A stretch of 64,000 bases of DNA from Ruditapes philippinarum (lineage: Eukaryota): the NCBI RefSeq assembly GCF_026571515.1, contig NW_026856228.1, positions 124,001 through 188,000 of the forward strand, read 5' to 3'. The notes under the pieces are model-generated. The model saw nothing but the letters and a program-made list of their open reading frames with translations, searched no databases and was not told where the DNA came from. Both the position numbers and the translations under genes were made by a program. Below are positions 52,312 through 64,000 of this stretch, in pieces (the stretch's first letter is position 1; each line of letters opens with the position of its first letter).

Positions 52312-54050
52312 GAAGTACTAAGGCACCCCTATCAAACCATGGTTCGTTCACATTTGTGTGATCTTTATTTAGCTTTGTTTTGGTCGAGGGCTGTACAGTC
52401 AACGGACGTGTCGAGGGCCTTCGTTTAATTAAACAGACCTCTCTAAAATGTAAAAGAGTCAGCGCTTAGTACGGGTGTAAAAATTGTAAGATCATATTCA
52501 TTTATTAACTTTGGTTCACGAGTAGTTCCTCGAATTTTTGAATCAGGGCTTAACAATGCTTATATATATGTTGCCTACATTGTGGGTGTAGCATACAGTT
52601 TATATCTGTTCCTTATAGATTGTTTTAGCTCTGCAGAGTTAGATGACTTTTCCGTTCAAGATATGATTAAGTCAGAATGTAGCTACAGTAATGTACATGC
52701 AATCACAACATTTCACTCTTGAAGAAATTTTATACTATTTTCTGAACAACTATATATGCTTTAAACTATCAATAAATTTAAACGTTGTGTTGCACAATTT
52801 GCGTAGAAACGGAAACACAGTATCATCTACTATAAGTAAATGCAATTTAATGTCACTTATCTTTACTGACGCTCCGCTACCCTTCGAAAACGATAATTCG
52901 ATTTTAAAATGATTGATTCAATTTTGAATGTATAATTATGTGTTTTTGCAATCAGAACATCTCGGCTATTATCAGTAATAACCTTGGAGTTGATACGGAT
53001 TAAAAGTTTTAGATGAAACAAAAAGAGAGGTTGATATCTTTCATAATGTATAACATATATATATATATATATATATTTGAAATCCACAGGCTAATAAAAT
53101 CTACTTCGGTAAAATCCTGATTGCACAAAAATCTGACAATCATTATCATTTTAAACTGATAACTGATGTTAAATTATAACCAAATAACAGGTAGATATTT
53201 ATTACTTTCCGTTTTTGCAAACCATAATGGATAGTTACAATTTTTATTAATAATGTTCTGTTTACTGTTGTATTTGTCATACTGACATCAGATTTATTGA
53301 TATGTACTTACATGAATTTACTTTTCAACTCCTTGCATTCAATAAATATATGTTTATGTGTTTAGTTTTTTAGCGTCGGTAAGACCGAAATACCGTTTCC
53401 GTTCTGTGTATTCTTACTATTGTTTTCCAGGTTTATTATCCAAGTGGATAGGGCCAAGAAAGTGAGATTGGTGTTATTGTGATTATAAGCAACTTCAAAT
53501 CCCGATCATCGTAAAATATTGCAAGCTTATACAATTCAGCTTGCATTTAATATTTTCTTAAGCATGAACATATTAACTCATCTGTTTACACAATTGTTAC
53601 GCTTAAATGACATACAAATAATGGGTATTCATATGTTGCACTGATGTTATTATTTGACAAAAACTTAATACAATAATTATCGCAAACATGAATCAAAAGT
53701 ACATTTTGATTTACTGTTTATTAGAATTATTACCACCACAGCATACTTAATAATTATGGTCTGCATATCAAAATGCCTTAAATATTTAAAACTAAAGTAA
53801 AATTAATTGACCATAACACTATTCAATATGTCTGTCACATTAATTGAGCGTATGTATTATCGTTGATTTAAAGACAATTAACTGTGTCTCCAGAAAAGGT
53901 CGGACTTTGCGTAGATATGACAATGTGCATATTTGTATATAAAGAAAACTATGAGCATATCCAACACTGCAAATGATATCGAGATATGGCAAATTTGTTA
54001 CACTGAAATCAATATCAACATATACAAAGACAAATAATAACAAAGTCATT

Positions 54051-54157
54051 TCATTTCCAAGCTTTATAGTTGAATATACTGTCTTTCATTTTGTCATCTG
54101 CAATTGCTTAAATACCTTGTATTCGTAAACACAAATTCTTCCAGTCAAAAATAGTAC
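54051..54157 (-). pseudogene. Orphan duplicate of the sulfotransferase terminal exon
   Basis: Intact acceptor TTTTGTCAG, phase 1, GTIFDWKNLCLRIQGI*AIADDKMKDSIFNYKAWK*. A 31-nt identical run is shared with 57878-57990. Confidence 0.85.
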
Positions 54158-55749
54158 CTGACAAAATAAAATCTGAATTACAACACGTTGTTATAAGTTG
54201 GGCATTGCTCTTACCGACAAAAAATGTTTAGGCAATAGCTTAAAAATCAATGTACATTCTCCACTGCAAAAAATAGAACCTCCAGATTAATGCATATCTT
54301 AATGAACATTTTGAAAATGTATTTAAAAGTAAAATATTTTGTTGTAACCAAAGAAAGTAATAAACACGTTGCAAACGGCATAAATTACCAAATATAAGCC
54401 AACATATGCTAAAGATTGCCCTTATTGCGTTAGGCTGCTCGCATAGAAATATGGTAATTAATACTGGAAAATAATTAAACGCAAATAACATGCACATTTT
54501 TCATTAAATCTTTTCTTAAAATCATATTTTATCCTTCTTAAATTTGATTTTCTTGACATAGTTTGACTCATCTGAAGACATACAGCTCATTTTCATAAAT
54601 GCCATTATTTAATCAAAGTTAAGAGTATCAGAGGCCTATCAATCGGACAAAACACATTTATTCTATATTATCGTAACTATAGTGAAAATTGTTACATTGA
54701 ATGACTGTTAACATTGCCAGTATTATTTAGACAGTAAACTGTAGAGTCTGAAAATATCCAGTAAACGATTCATGAATACTATCGATAAGATATTCATTTA
54801 CTTAGATACCCTTTACAGTGCCTGTGTAACAGAACGATTCTGTACACCGATGTTCGGAACATTGCATTGAGCATTGTCAAATCGTGCGAATAAGACTTCA
54901 GATACAAATTCAAATTTATCAACACATTTTCGAAAACATGACGTATACCCGAATACTGTCAATGATTCATCTAAAATTATGAGCCTTAAATATTGAATCT
55001 TTTTTTCCGTCTCCACCCTCAAGATGCATTTCTTTACTCGCTCTTGTTTTACACGCTAGGATAGGAAAATACTGATATAGATGAAAATACTATAGAACAT
55101 AACAAGATAATTATGCGACATCTAGAAGTTTTCTTCTTAAATTACAAGGTATTGTAATATTTGGTACTTTGTATAGACAATAGTCCATAATATTCTAATG
55201 ACATCTAAGTCATTGTATAAACAATTAACACAAAGTGTGTCTTGACTGTTTGATTTACTAATTCCAAGTGCCTGGAGCTGCATACATTTAGGCGGGAATA
55301 CATGTTACAGAGAATCATGAGAAGTATAGACATGCTATAGTGATAACATTAATGAATTATAAATACATAATTCTACAGTATATGCAAAGATTGTGATATT
55401 GAATGCTACGATATACCGTGGATGCGGTACGGTCGTTGTCTTACGAGTACATTTTTCAGATATAGAATTCGACTATAGGTGTCGAGTTATATTTGAATCT
55501 TTCAATACAAATAATTAAATCCCAGAATTTATGCAATAGGAATTGTGAATAGATAGATTTTAAATATAAACCATTTTACCATTGACATTTAAAATATTAT
55601 GTGTATAGATTTCATTTTAAAAACATCAAAATATTGGCAGCAGTAAAATGAAATTTCGTTGACTTTTAAACTTATCTTAGTCTAGGGCTAAATCAATATT
55701 GACACAAAACACATACATAATCACAGGCTTATTTATGATAACGTATTAT

Positions 55750-56130
55750 TATAAGGATCTTACACCAGCTGTGGTACATACCGGAATATCTATCTGTAGG
55801 GCAACTGTTTACGGCGGTAACGAGGCTCTGTCGAGTTTCCGCTAAACAGTTACGCGAGAGTTAGATATTCCCGTTTGTTACGACTCGTTTTACTTGTATA
55901 TTACATATTTATCATGTTTCGGAAAGAAATGACGAAAAAAATGGTAATGTATGAATTTACAACTTTATTCATAACGGCGGCAAAATGACGTCATTCTAAG
56001 AACGCAATTAATTCATTAAATGGATGCAGAATGACGTCATTATAAGCAGCAACTTGTCTTAAAAGGGGTGTGGTGCAAGACAGATATTTTTTCAAGCACC
56101 GGTGTGAACGGTTAATAATCCTGTCTGAAA
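55750..56130. repeat. Hairpin-containing non-autonomous repeat (Crypton-like/MITE)
   Basis: Inverted arms GGAATATCTA...AACTGTTTA.GGCGG / CCGCTAAACAGTT...TAGATATTCC around a GAGGCTCTGTCGAG core. Confidence 0.45.
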
Positions 56131-57877
56131 TGCAATAATAAATCTTTAATTCTGGAAAACAAAATGACCTACCTCAGTAGTATCCGCCATAATTTAATAT
56201 TTTTTACTTTTTATATCCTAGGTCGTTTAGTCGTTATCTAAGCTGACCTAGATAGGATAAATATTTACATAGTGCATCCATATCTATTCATCATGTGCAT
56301 ACATTATTATTATTATTATCGAGCAATCTTAAAATTGTTTACTAACATATAAGGTATGTATGTACTTCATTTTAAAGTGATCACCTTTGATGATTGAAAA
56401 CTAAATACTGTAGATTAAATTTGAGTAATTATTTGTTAAACATTTTAATAGACTCAGTGTATCACTTACTTTTTGAATAGATAACATTCATATCGAAAGA
56501 ACACCTTGTTTTTTGTTTTTGTTTTTCTTGTTACTGTTTTTTTTATTTTGCATCTACGTAAATATATATCAGTTAATTGTGTTTATATTTTATATATGCT
56601 TAATCACATTACAATATATTTTGACTAAAAAAAAGTTACATTCTTTAAAAACAGCACACTACAAAATACTGTATCATAGAAAACAAATGCTAACTTTTTT
56701 TGGCGTTTTTTAAACTTCGCACACGCATGAAAATGAATCTCTGAGTACAAGAGGCGAGACAAAAGGTGTTTCAACCGGGAAGGGCGATCACATTCACAGA
56801 TTTACTGTTATTCACACTTGTTCATTGTGAAGTTATGCTCATTTTCTCTATTGTGAAGTTGAGCTTAATTGAATATTTATTTTACAAAAATGAATGTTAT
56901 AATGGTGATTGACCAAGAGTTGAAACAGTTGAAAGTTAAAATATAAATCTGCCTTAAATATTTGGGGACTGTGCTACTTTATTCACATGTGTTTTTATCG
57001 TTCGTGTGACGTTAATTATAAGATTAAAATGAATTATGCCAGAATATTAACTTATTTTAATTTCATCAATTCACTCATCATATACCCGTAGATGGGCATA
57101 ATTTCACTTATAAGTAAATTGTTACTGTACATACAAAAATATACTATTAATTCTCATAAATGTTGCAAACAATAGCATTCATGAACGGAAAAAATTATCA
57201 AAGTCTTTATAATATCAATATATTGTATTAATTTGGCTTCTCTAATGGAACTTCCTCGGTCTGATTAATACAATCTAACCTATGTATTAGACTGCGTTTG
57301 TAGCTATCCTGAGAAACACGCTCAGCGTTGAAATATCAAGTTATCTTTATCATCCTTGATATTCAAAAGCATTGATTAAAATTATGTTTCATTGCTAAAT
57401 ATTCAGTCACTTTATTAAATTGTTGGTAACATAATACGATGGTTCGTTATATTGTAAAACAATTTATCACAAACTGCTAACTTGTTTAATTGCTTCATAT
57501 ATAGTTTAAACTGCTTTAGTGATAAAACGTATGATGTACAAGTCTCTCTTAAATCGTTGATACTCTCTGGGGATTCATATACAACACGAAGTTTTACTAT
57601 TTATTTAATTTCAAAGGTACAAATAGACACGACATAATAAACCAAGTACACTTGTTATCTTCTCGATCATTAATCTAATAGAAACATAACTTTAGTTTTG
57701 ACAATATGTCATCTTCAGATTTCATGTTGTTTAACAATTAACACGACGGGATTTATGTAACTCTGATTATGTTTGTACTTTTAGAGATTAGAACTTTTTG
57801 TTTTCAAAACAACAATGAACATGATGTATGCTAATTATGTAAGTTAACTTTGAGTTCATAGAAGATTACAAATGCAA

Positions 57878-60800
57878 TCAGTTCCATGCTTTATAGTTGA
57901 ATATACTGTCTTTCATTTTCTCATTTGTAATTTTCTCGAACTCCTCGTTTTGTGCAACTGTAAAATGATTCTTCCAGTCACCAATGATACCTGAAATCAA
58001 ATGTTGAAATATTTGTGTTTGCATGGTTTGGTTTATATGTTTTGAAAGGGTATATTTTTAGATGGCAGTATGCGCTTCTTTTCATCTGTGTATTCCAATC
58101 TATATAAACCTGAAATTTCCTTCTTTGTTTTGCTTATTACCCTCCTTCTATATATATATATATACTGTGGCATCATTTGATTTACTTTTAAGAGTTATAA
58201 TAACAAACTTAAACTAAAAATTAGAGTAATTCAGATTAATATTTGATAATTTTATTTCGCTTGAAATTGAACATACTTTTATTAGAAAGCACCGGTATTT
58301 TTGACAAGACAATGTTTCTTTAGGCGTCAACAGCATATTTCGTCAATTTACTTTTTCAATTTAGATTAATTTATAAACTATATAATTATTTTTGACGACC
58401 ACTTTAATCATTTTTATTTGTTTGGGTCGTCAGACCAAACAAATAATGGTAGCGAAATTTCAGACCCTAATGTTCTTATTTGCAAATGCCGTAAGTAGTC
58501 CAAACTCCTCGAAGCGGTTACTTCCATTCATATGTACATTTACGCCGAAAAATAAAGGGGAGAACACTGCGTAAAGATTGTCAAATGACAGGCGCATTAA
58601 TTTTCGTTACATAAAAATAGCTCCTGATTGGTCGAAGACTTCAAATATTGTGTTATTCTTATAGATATACATGCTTATATTCAGCTCCATGATTATTTAC
58701 TTCAGTGTTAAACAACGTTAAACAACAGGTTTACCGTTAACAAAATATGGGTTACAAACTCTAATTTAGAATAATATGAAATTCTTCAAGCTGTTAACAT
58801 ATAAGTCTCCATGGTCTAGGGGTTAACACGCTCGCTTAGGAAACGAGAGATCTGGAGTTCAAACCCCAGTTCGGGCAACTCATGCTATTTTTTTTGCTTT
58901 TTTAAAAAAATTTTGAAGCCAAATAAACGTTGAATTAAATATCAGTGATGCAATTAGTCTTATAGCCAATTTACTATAGGTATAACATTGGAAACAGAAT
59001 TGGTGACACTAAACAAACAAATTGGTTTAAAATCTCACAACCTTCACCTTTCTGACATTCTGAGACCCAAACCAATTCAGCGCCGTTTGTGCTTTGATTA
59101 TACTACACTGCGGATGAACACTTGGTCAAAATCGCACCATGGGAACATAAAAGGGCGGCATGAACGCCCGTTTAAAACAGTAAAATTAAGGTAAGCATTA
59201 TATGTAAAACTAGGTCGCACAGAACCCCTGTATAAAATCCACGCAATGTTCTGTTATCAGTTACTTTGTTCTTATCTCTGTTTAGGCCTGAAAGTCGAAA
59301 AGGTTGTTTTGGGTGATTAGCACAGTGGGGCAACAGGTACTAAAATGCTTTGCTTTCAGTCAAAGAAACGCATTTTGAGCAAAATTAGCATGTCATCTTG
59401 TACAATTGTAAGTTTGGGCGTCATAACAATTTCCATCCTTTGTAATGTTGCATAACGAGATGTACATGTACATCAACCTTTTCGACTTTCAGGCGTTTAG
59501 GCCGCCATTTCATGAGCCCATTGTACGATTTTGGTCACGGGATCACCCGTAGTGTATACTACATTACTATGAAATAATAGCTGCCTATTTCTCACAAAGG
59601 ATGACTATTATTTATGATATAGATTCTTATGTATAAATCGCTTCCTTTATTCAGAGATTTTCAAATTGCCATTTGTAGCATTTCAAAATGTTGAACATTT
59701 CCTGTAAAATGGTCTTATATCATAAAAATATCTTAATTTCCGACTTAAGGAAACCTCCTTTTGCTCACCTTATCATGTTAAAGAAAATTTTAACTATTTG
59801 AAAATTATCATTTTTTACCCTTACACATCTGAAAGAACAATGCATTGATAATGTAAATTATCCATCATTTTGTGTGAACATCGTCTATATTCTTGATTCA
59901 AACAAAAAAATGATAAAATCTTTCTACCATTATTGTTAAAGTTTTTACCTTTCCTATAAAGCACCGACTTTCCTTTATCATCTTTTAGACTTGTCTCCAC
60001 CTTTCCACTTTCAACGTCATTTCTCAAATAATCGATAGAACATCTATTTATAACTTCTTGTAAACGCTCATCTGAGTGATTAGTACCGAGATAATTCTGT
60101 ATTCGGCGAACCTCGTGTAAACTGTTCTGTGAATTTAATACAGATTAAAATTATTCCGTACACGCTGAATCTGTTAAAAACTGTTCAGATATAAATTATT
60201 CTGTATACGACGATCATCGTGTCAACTGATGTGTGACTTTGATAGACAATAGGTGAGTCAGACCTTTTGTTCTAATGCCAAGTTACATTAAATAATCTTA
60301 AATGTGATAGAAATAAAATTATTCAAACCAATGTGATTATATATACGGCAAAACTCGTTTAAACACTTCTTTATAAAAACAATACATATTGAAATCAAAT
60401 TGATTGTGTTAACCTCGTGTAAAGAAATCGGATTAAAAGTAAAAATATGTGTATGTTTTTGTTATTTTACAAGTAAAATAAGTTCCATTCATCAATTCTG
60501 TTACGTTAATTCAGATAAGTGTTAACTTCTTGTATAGTAATAACAAAAAATAAACGAGAATACGTTGCACAGATTTTTATCAGACAGACAGTCACGCTTG
60601 ACCAATGAAATTCAAGTTACAAATGTGAAATATTATAGATAGAAATTAACAAATAAAAGATTGGAAAATAAATAAATTTTAACCTTTTTCAGATTTTCAT
60701 ACTGAACAATAAGAACATCCATTTTTGAATTAGTTTTGAGTTCCGCTTGCCATTTATTGTAGTAATCAAAGTACGATCCAAATAAGACTGAAACAAAACT

Positions 60801-63800
60801 ACATTTTCAAAAACTATTGCACAAATGTTGATAATTGTGAAATCTAGATGCAGGAAAAAACACAATTCATGACGAAGTAGGAACATAAACATTCTTTTAC
60901 ATAAATTTATACCGTTTATAATTCAATTGTTTTAAACTTTTATTAACTATGTAAAATAACTATTTGTTATTCGTATTACTGCACTACTTTTATTAAATAC
61001 GACATATTGTAAAATTACATACTTTTTCCTTCAAGCCAATAACTAAGAAACTTGTCCCATGATATATTAAAATCACCAACAACTTTCTGTTTTCGCATCA
61101 TGTAGTACATCGAGACGGCTGAATCCTTTGGGTTCCTGAAGACAAGAATAGTTTTTCCGCCGTTTGCAAAATGGTCTCTTGGCAGACGTTTTGGATGTAG
61201 GTGTGATGTTAAAAGTCTTCTGTTTTCATCTTTTTCAGAGTCTTTTATGCCATATAAATCTATTAGCCAACCACCATGTGAAACCTTATCTTCCAACGGA
61301 CCATCGGGATGCTGAAGGAAGTATATGAGATTGGCTGTCCAGTGTGTTCCTACAATGGATTTTGTTTCAGTTGGTTTCAAAACATGTCAGTATGTGATAA
61401 TTAAAAACAATAACTCAAAATTGAAAGATCTAGCAAAAGAACTCACTCTATTGAATAATGAACTTGAATATTGTTTAGAAACATTTTTTTGGAATATAAC
61501 TCTTGGTATATTAAACACATTTTACTTTCAAAAATCGGGCATAAACTAAGTATCTACAGAATATCGTTTAGATAGAGGCACTTTAGTCTTTTCAAATGTA
61601 CCGGTATCATCAATAATAAAACACATTTAGACGTAAAATGGAAGCTGCAAATATATAGTTAAATACTTTTTTAAATATAAACAGAAATATGACTTTATTT
61701 ATGTCATTTTGTTGTTAACTTTAGAATTAAGACAATTAAAATAAATTGCCAAATCAAAAACTTACCTGTTTTCGGATAGCTACATATCATTACATCACCG
61801 CTTTTATACTGGAGATTCTTCACTAAGGAGAGCCGTTTTAGTACAGCCTCTTCACTGTCGAAAAAGGGCATAGGAAAAATAATTCCACCAATGTCAATCA
61901 CTTTAATTTGTCCACCGTCTTCGCTCTCAAGCATCATAACCTTACTCGTTCCTGTCTCATCATACTATGATATAGAAGAAACTTATTTTTGACATAGTAA
62001 GACAGTTATATACCATAGAAGTATTGGTTTATCTTTCTTTTAAACGAAAATAACATAACGTTATTTGAAAACCTTATAACAAGTTTTGTCAAAATAGAAA
62101 ACGAAACAAAAAGTAATATTGACAACAATATATATGAATTTAGTTATATCCCGATAAAACAAACATTTACCTTGCAATTTGGAGAATTATGAACAATTTT
62201 AAGACAGTGAGGAAATTGTATTTGAGTATAATTACACTATTTAAATATAGACCTCACTTGTTTTAATTGGCAGGTTTTGTCTTAGAATTAGTATCAAAAT
62301 ATTTTTATTCTGTGAGCATAGAATTTGATCAGTGAGATAAAAATCTATAATAAAGTCATATATGTGATTGACCCATGTTACCATGTTTAATACCTATCCC
62401 AACATATTTGCTATACTCTGACTTGTTTAAATATTTTTTTTAAAATATGTAATTTAAACCTTAGGGAAGTAAGAGTTCCATTTATCACAACATTTATACT
62501 TTAAAGTGTCACGTGACAAGTATTAAATGTCCAGTCTTTCATGAACGTCTTGTTATATTTCTCTCATACAGTTTTATTTTATTATTTTGGACATGGAATT
62601 ACTAGTGGGGGATAGGTATTGAACTTACAACTACCATTTAGAACAGAATCGTTTAATTAATTCCTCCACAGGGTCTTTCCTTATACAATGTTATAGTAAC
62701 GGCTTTGAATTTTAATTGTCTTTTAATTTGCATGTGTTTGTGTTACACAACAACGTATTTTGACACCCTTAAAAAACTATGATTTGGTATTGATCTGAAA
62801 GTTAAGTTAATTAAAAACAGATCAAAACTTTTTTCCAATTCCATACTTTATTTATTGTCCTATTTTAATTTCAATACAATAAATTCTCTCTATTACTAAC
62901 TGGGCTAACTCAAAATGGTCTTAATAGTAAACTGGTCTTAATAGCAAATAAGCCAATTTTAGAGCTTATGCAGTCAAACTAAACTCAATGTTTATGTACT
63001 CATGTCTCAGACTTTGATTTAAACTTTTCTAAATGTAGATTTTGAACTTTTATATTAATTTTATATTTTCATGATACGATTTTTGATAGACTGAGTAAGC
63101 AATGATTTTAAGTGTCATAAAAATGCAAACTAAAGATAGACTGACATCTGTCATTTTTTCCAAAACATTAAGTATATTTTTTTTGTTGACAAAAAGTTAA
63201 CACGTAAAAGTTACATAGTTATAAGTGAAGCACATGTGATTTAAAAATCTTACAAATTTACGTTTATTTTCGTTGTTGTCTTTCGTTGGATTTTGATGGT
63301 ACATAAATCAATAGATAAATACAACCAAATTGAGAGATAAAGATATTCTGACAAAATGAAAGATTAATATTGTAATATACTACCGATATATTATAGTTGC
63401 TAATTAAATCATTATCTTTTATCTGATCGGTATAGTAACTTTTCAAGACCGTTTGATTTAAAATGAAAACCTTTGATGTTTTCATTTAAATTCAATAAAC
63501 GCTATATTTCTATAATTAATGACTACATAATTACACCTACATGAGTCATTGTAAACATACAGTTTTGAAGATAACAATTCGTAAACGTTTATGTTTATTA
63601 CGCATATGTCTAAAGAAACTGCATGGGAAATTATACTGTATTTACTCTTTCCGTGAAGTGACAGGTGTTTCTTTTACAAAATATTATTTTATTGTACAAC
63701 AACAGCATCATGTCTTTATATTATCTTTTTATTATCTTTAAACGAATTAAAGTTTATTTTTTATCTATCTTTTAATATATCTTCATTGTGCTCCATAATT

Positions 63801-63966
63801 CAACCTTCAAATGTATGTGCATTCAATACCATGATCTGTTACACTGTATATTTTAAATTTTTTATTCTGAAATCAAAGGCTAAAATGTTTTGCTAAAAAA
63901 AGTGTTTTGTTATATTATAATGTTCTATGACGATAAAAAACATATTACCTCACTGGTTTCCGCCAT
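57878..63966 (-). CDS. Cytosolic sulfotransferase (SULT1-like), copy B, 312 aa
   Basis: join(63949-63966, 61766-61964, 61023-61349, 60684-60787, 59949-60126, 57878-57990). Exon sizes 18/199/327/104/178/113 mirror copy A (18/199/324/104/178/116). Motifs SYPKTGTHW, TSHL, RNPKDSAVSMY and LYRKGIIGDWKNHFT. Confidence 0.93.
58805..58876 (+). pseudogene. tRNA-Pro(AGG)-like pseudogene or SINE head in the last SULT-B intron
   Basis: TGGTCTAGGGGT (A box), CTCGC-TTAGGAA-ACGAG anticodon arm, GTTCAAACCCC (B box) and a downstream T-run. The acceptor stem does not pair well. Confidence 0.55.
59106..59554. mobile_element. CACTA/CACTG-ended MITE with an inner inverted repeat
   Basis: ~55-bp imperfect TIRs (CACTGCGGATGA...CAAAATCGCACCATGGG...GGCGGC vs CACTACGGGTGA...CAAAATCGTACAATGGG...GGCGGC). 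Inner perfect 21-bp IR GCCTGAAAGTCGAAAAGGTTG at 59286 and 59474. Confidence 0.7.
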
Positions 63967-64000
63967 AGTTGAATAGTGCAACTTATTTAAATCCAAGGTT

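Noticed and set aside
54813-55022. GC-richer ORF near the orphan SULT exon
   Set aside because: No frame I translated resembles SULT exons or any recognisable domain.
761-63741. Most 60-130-aa ORFs of the six-frame track rich in I/F/L/Y/K
   Set aside because: Expected by chance in AT-rich intronic and intergenic DNA; no motifs or splice support.
1-64000. NRF-6-like gene + lectin + sulfotransferases as a co-functional detox/defence cluster
   Set aside because: All are large, dispersed, expanded families in molluscs; adjacency alone shows no shared function or regulation.

Overview
AT-rich eukaryotic (not prokaryotic) genomic DNA, most likely a bivalve mollusc, judged from V-SINE copies and tandem-repeat-bearing elements typical of that group. 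Four spliced genes can be reconstructed by hand from GT-AG sites and exon phases. (1) The 3' part of an NRF-6/O-acyltransferase-like membrane protein gene (+, 106-9064) that apparently lacks one conserved exon. (2) An intact secreted PAN/apple + C-type lectin gene (-, 21037-33670). (3, 4) Two tandem cytosolic sulfotransferases (-, 43661-50398 and 57878-63966), with an orphan duplicated last exon between them. The rest is mostly transposable elements. A full-length but dead Gmr1-like Ty3/gypsy element (integrase before RT, tRNA-Pro PBS) sits in lectin intron 1 and is split by a 3.66-kb TAGGC...GCCTA element that contains a SINE. There are also two mariners (one with a spliceosomal intron), a truncated LINE, Kolobok-, mariner- and CACTA-like MITEs, a foldback element, a decayed P2X7-C/KolX-like ORF, and traces of three decayed paralogues of a possible Tyr-motif receptor. 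Several stretches look like unpolished long-read sequence. I see no convincing new multi-gene system; the best leads are listed as findings.
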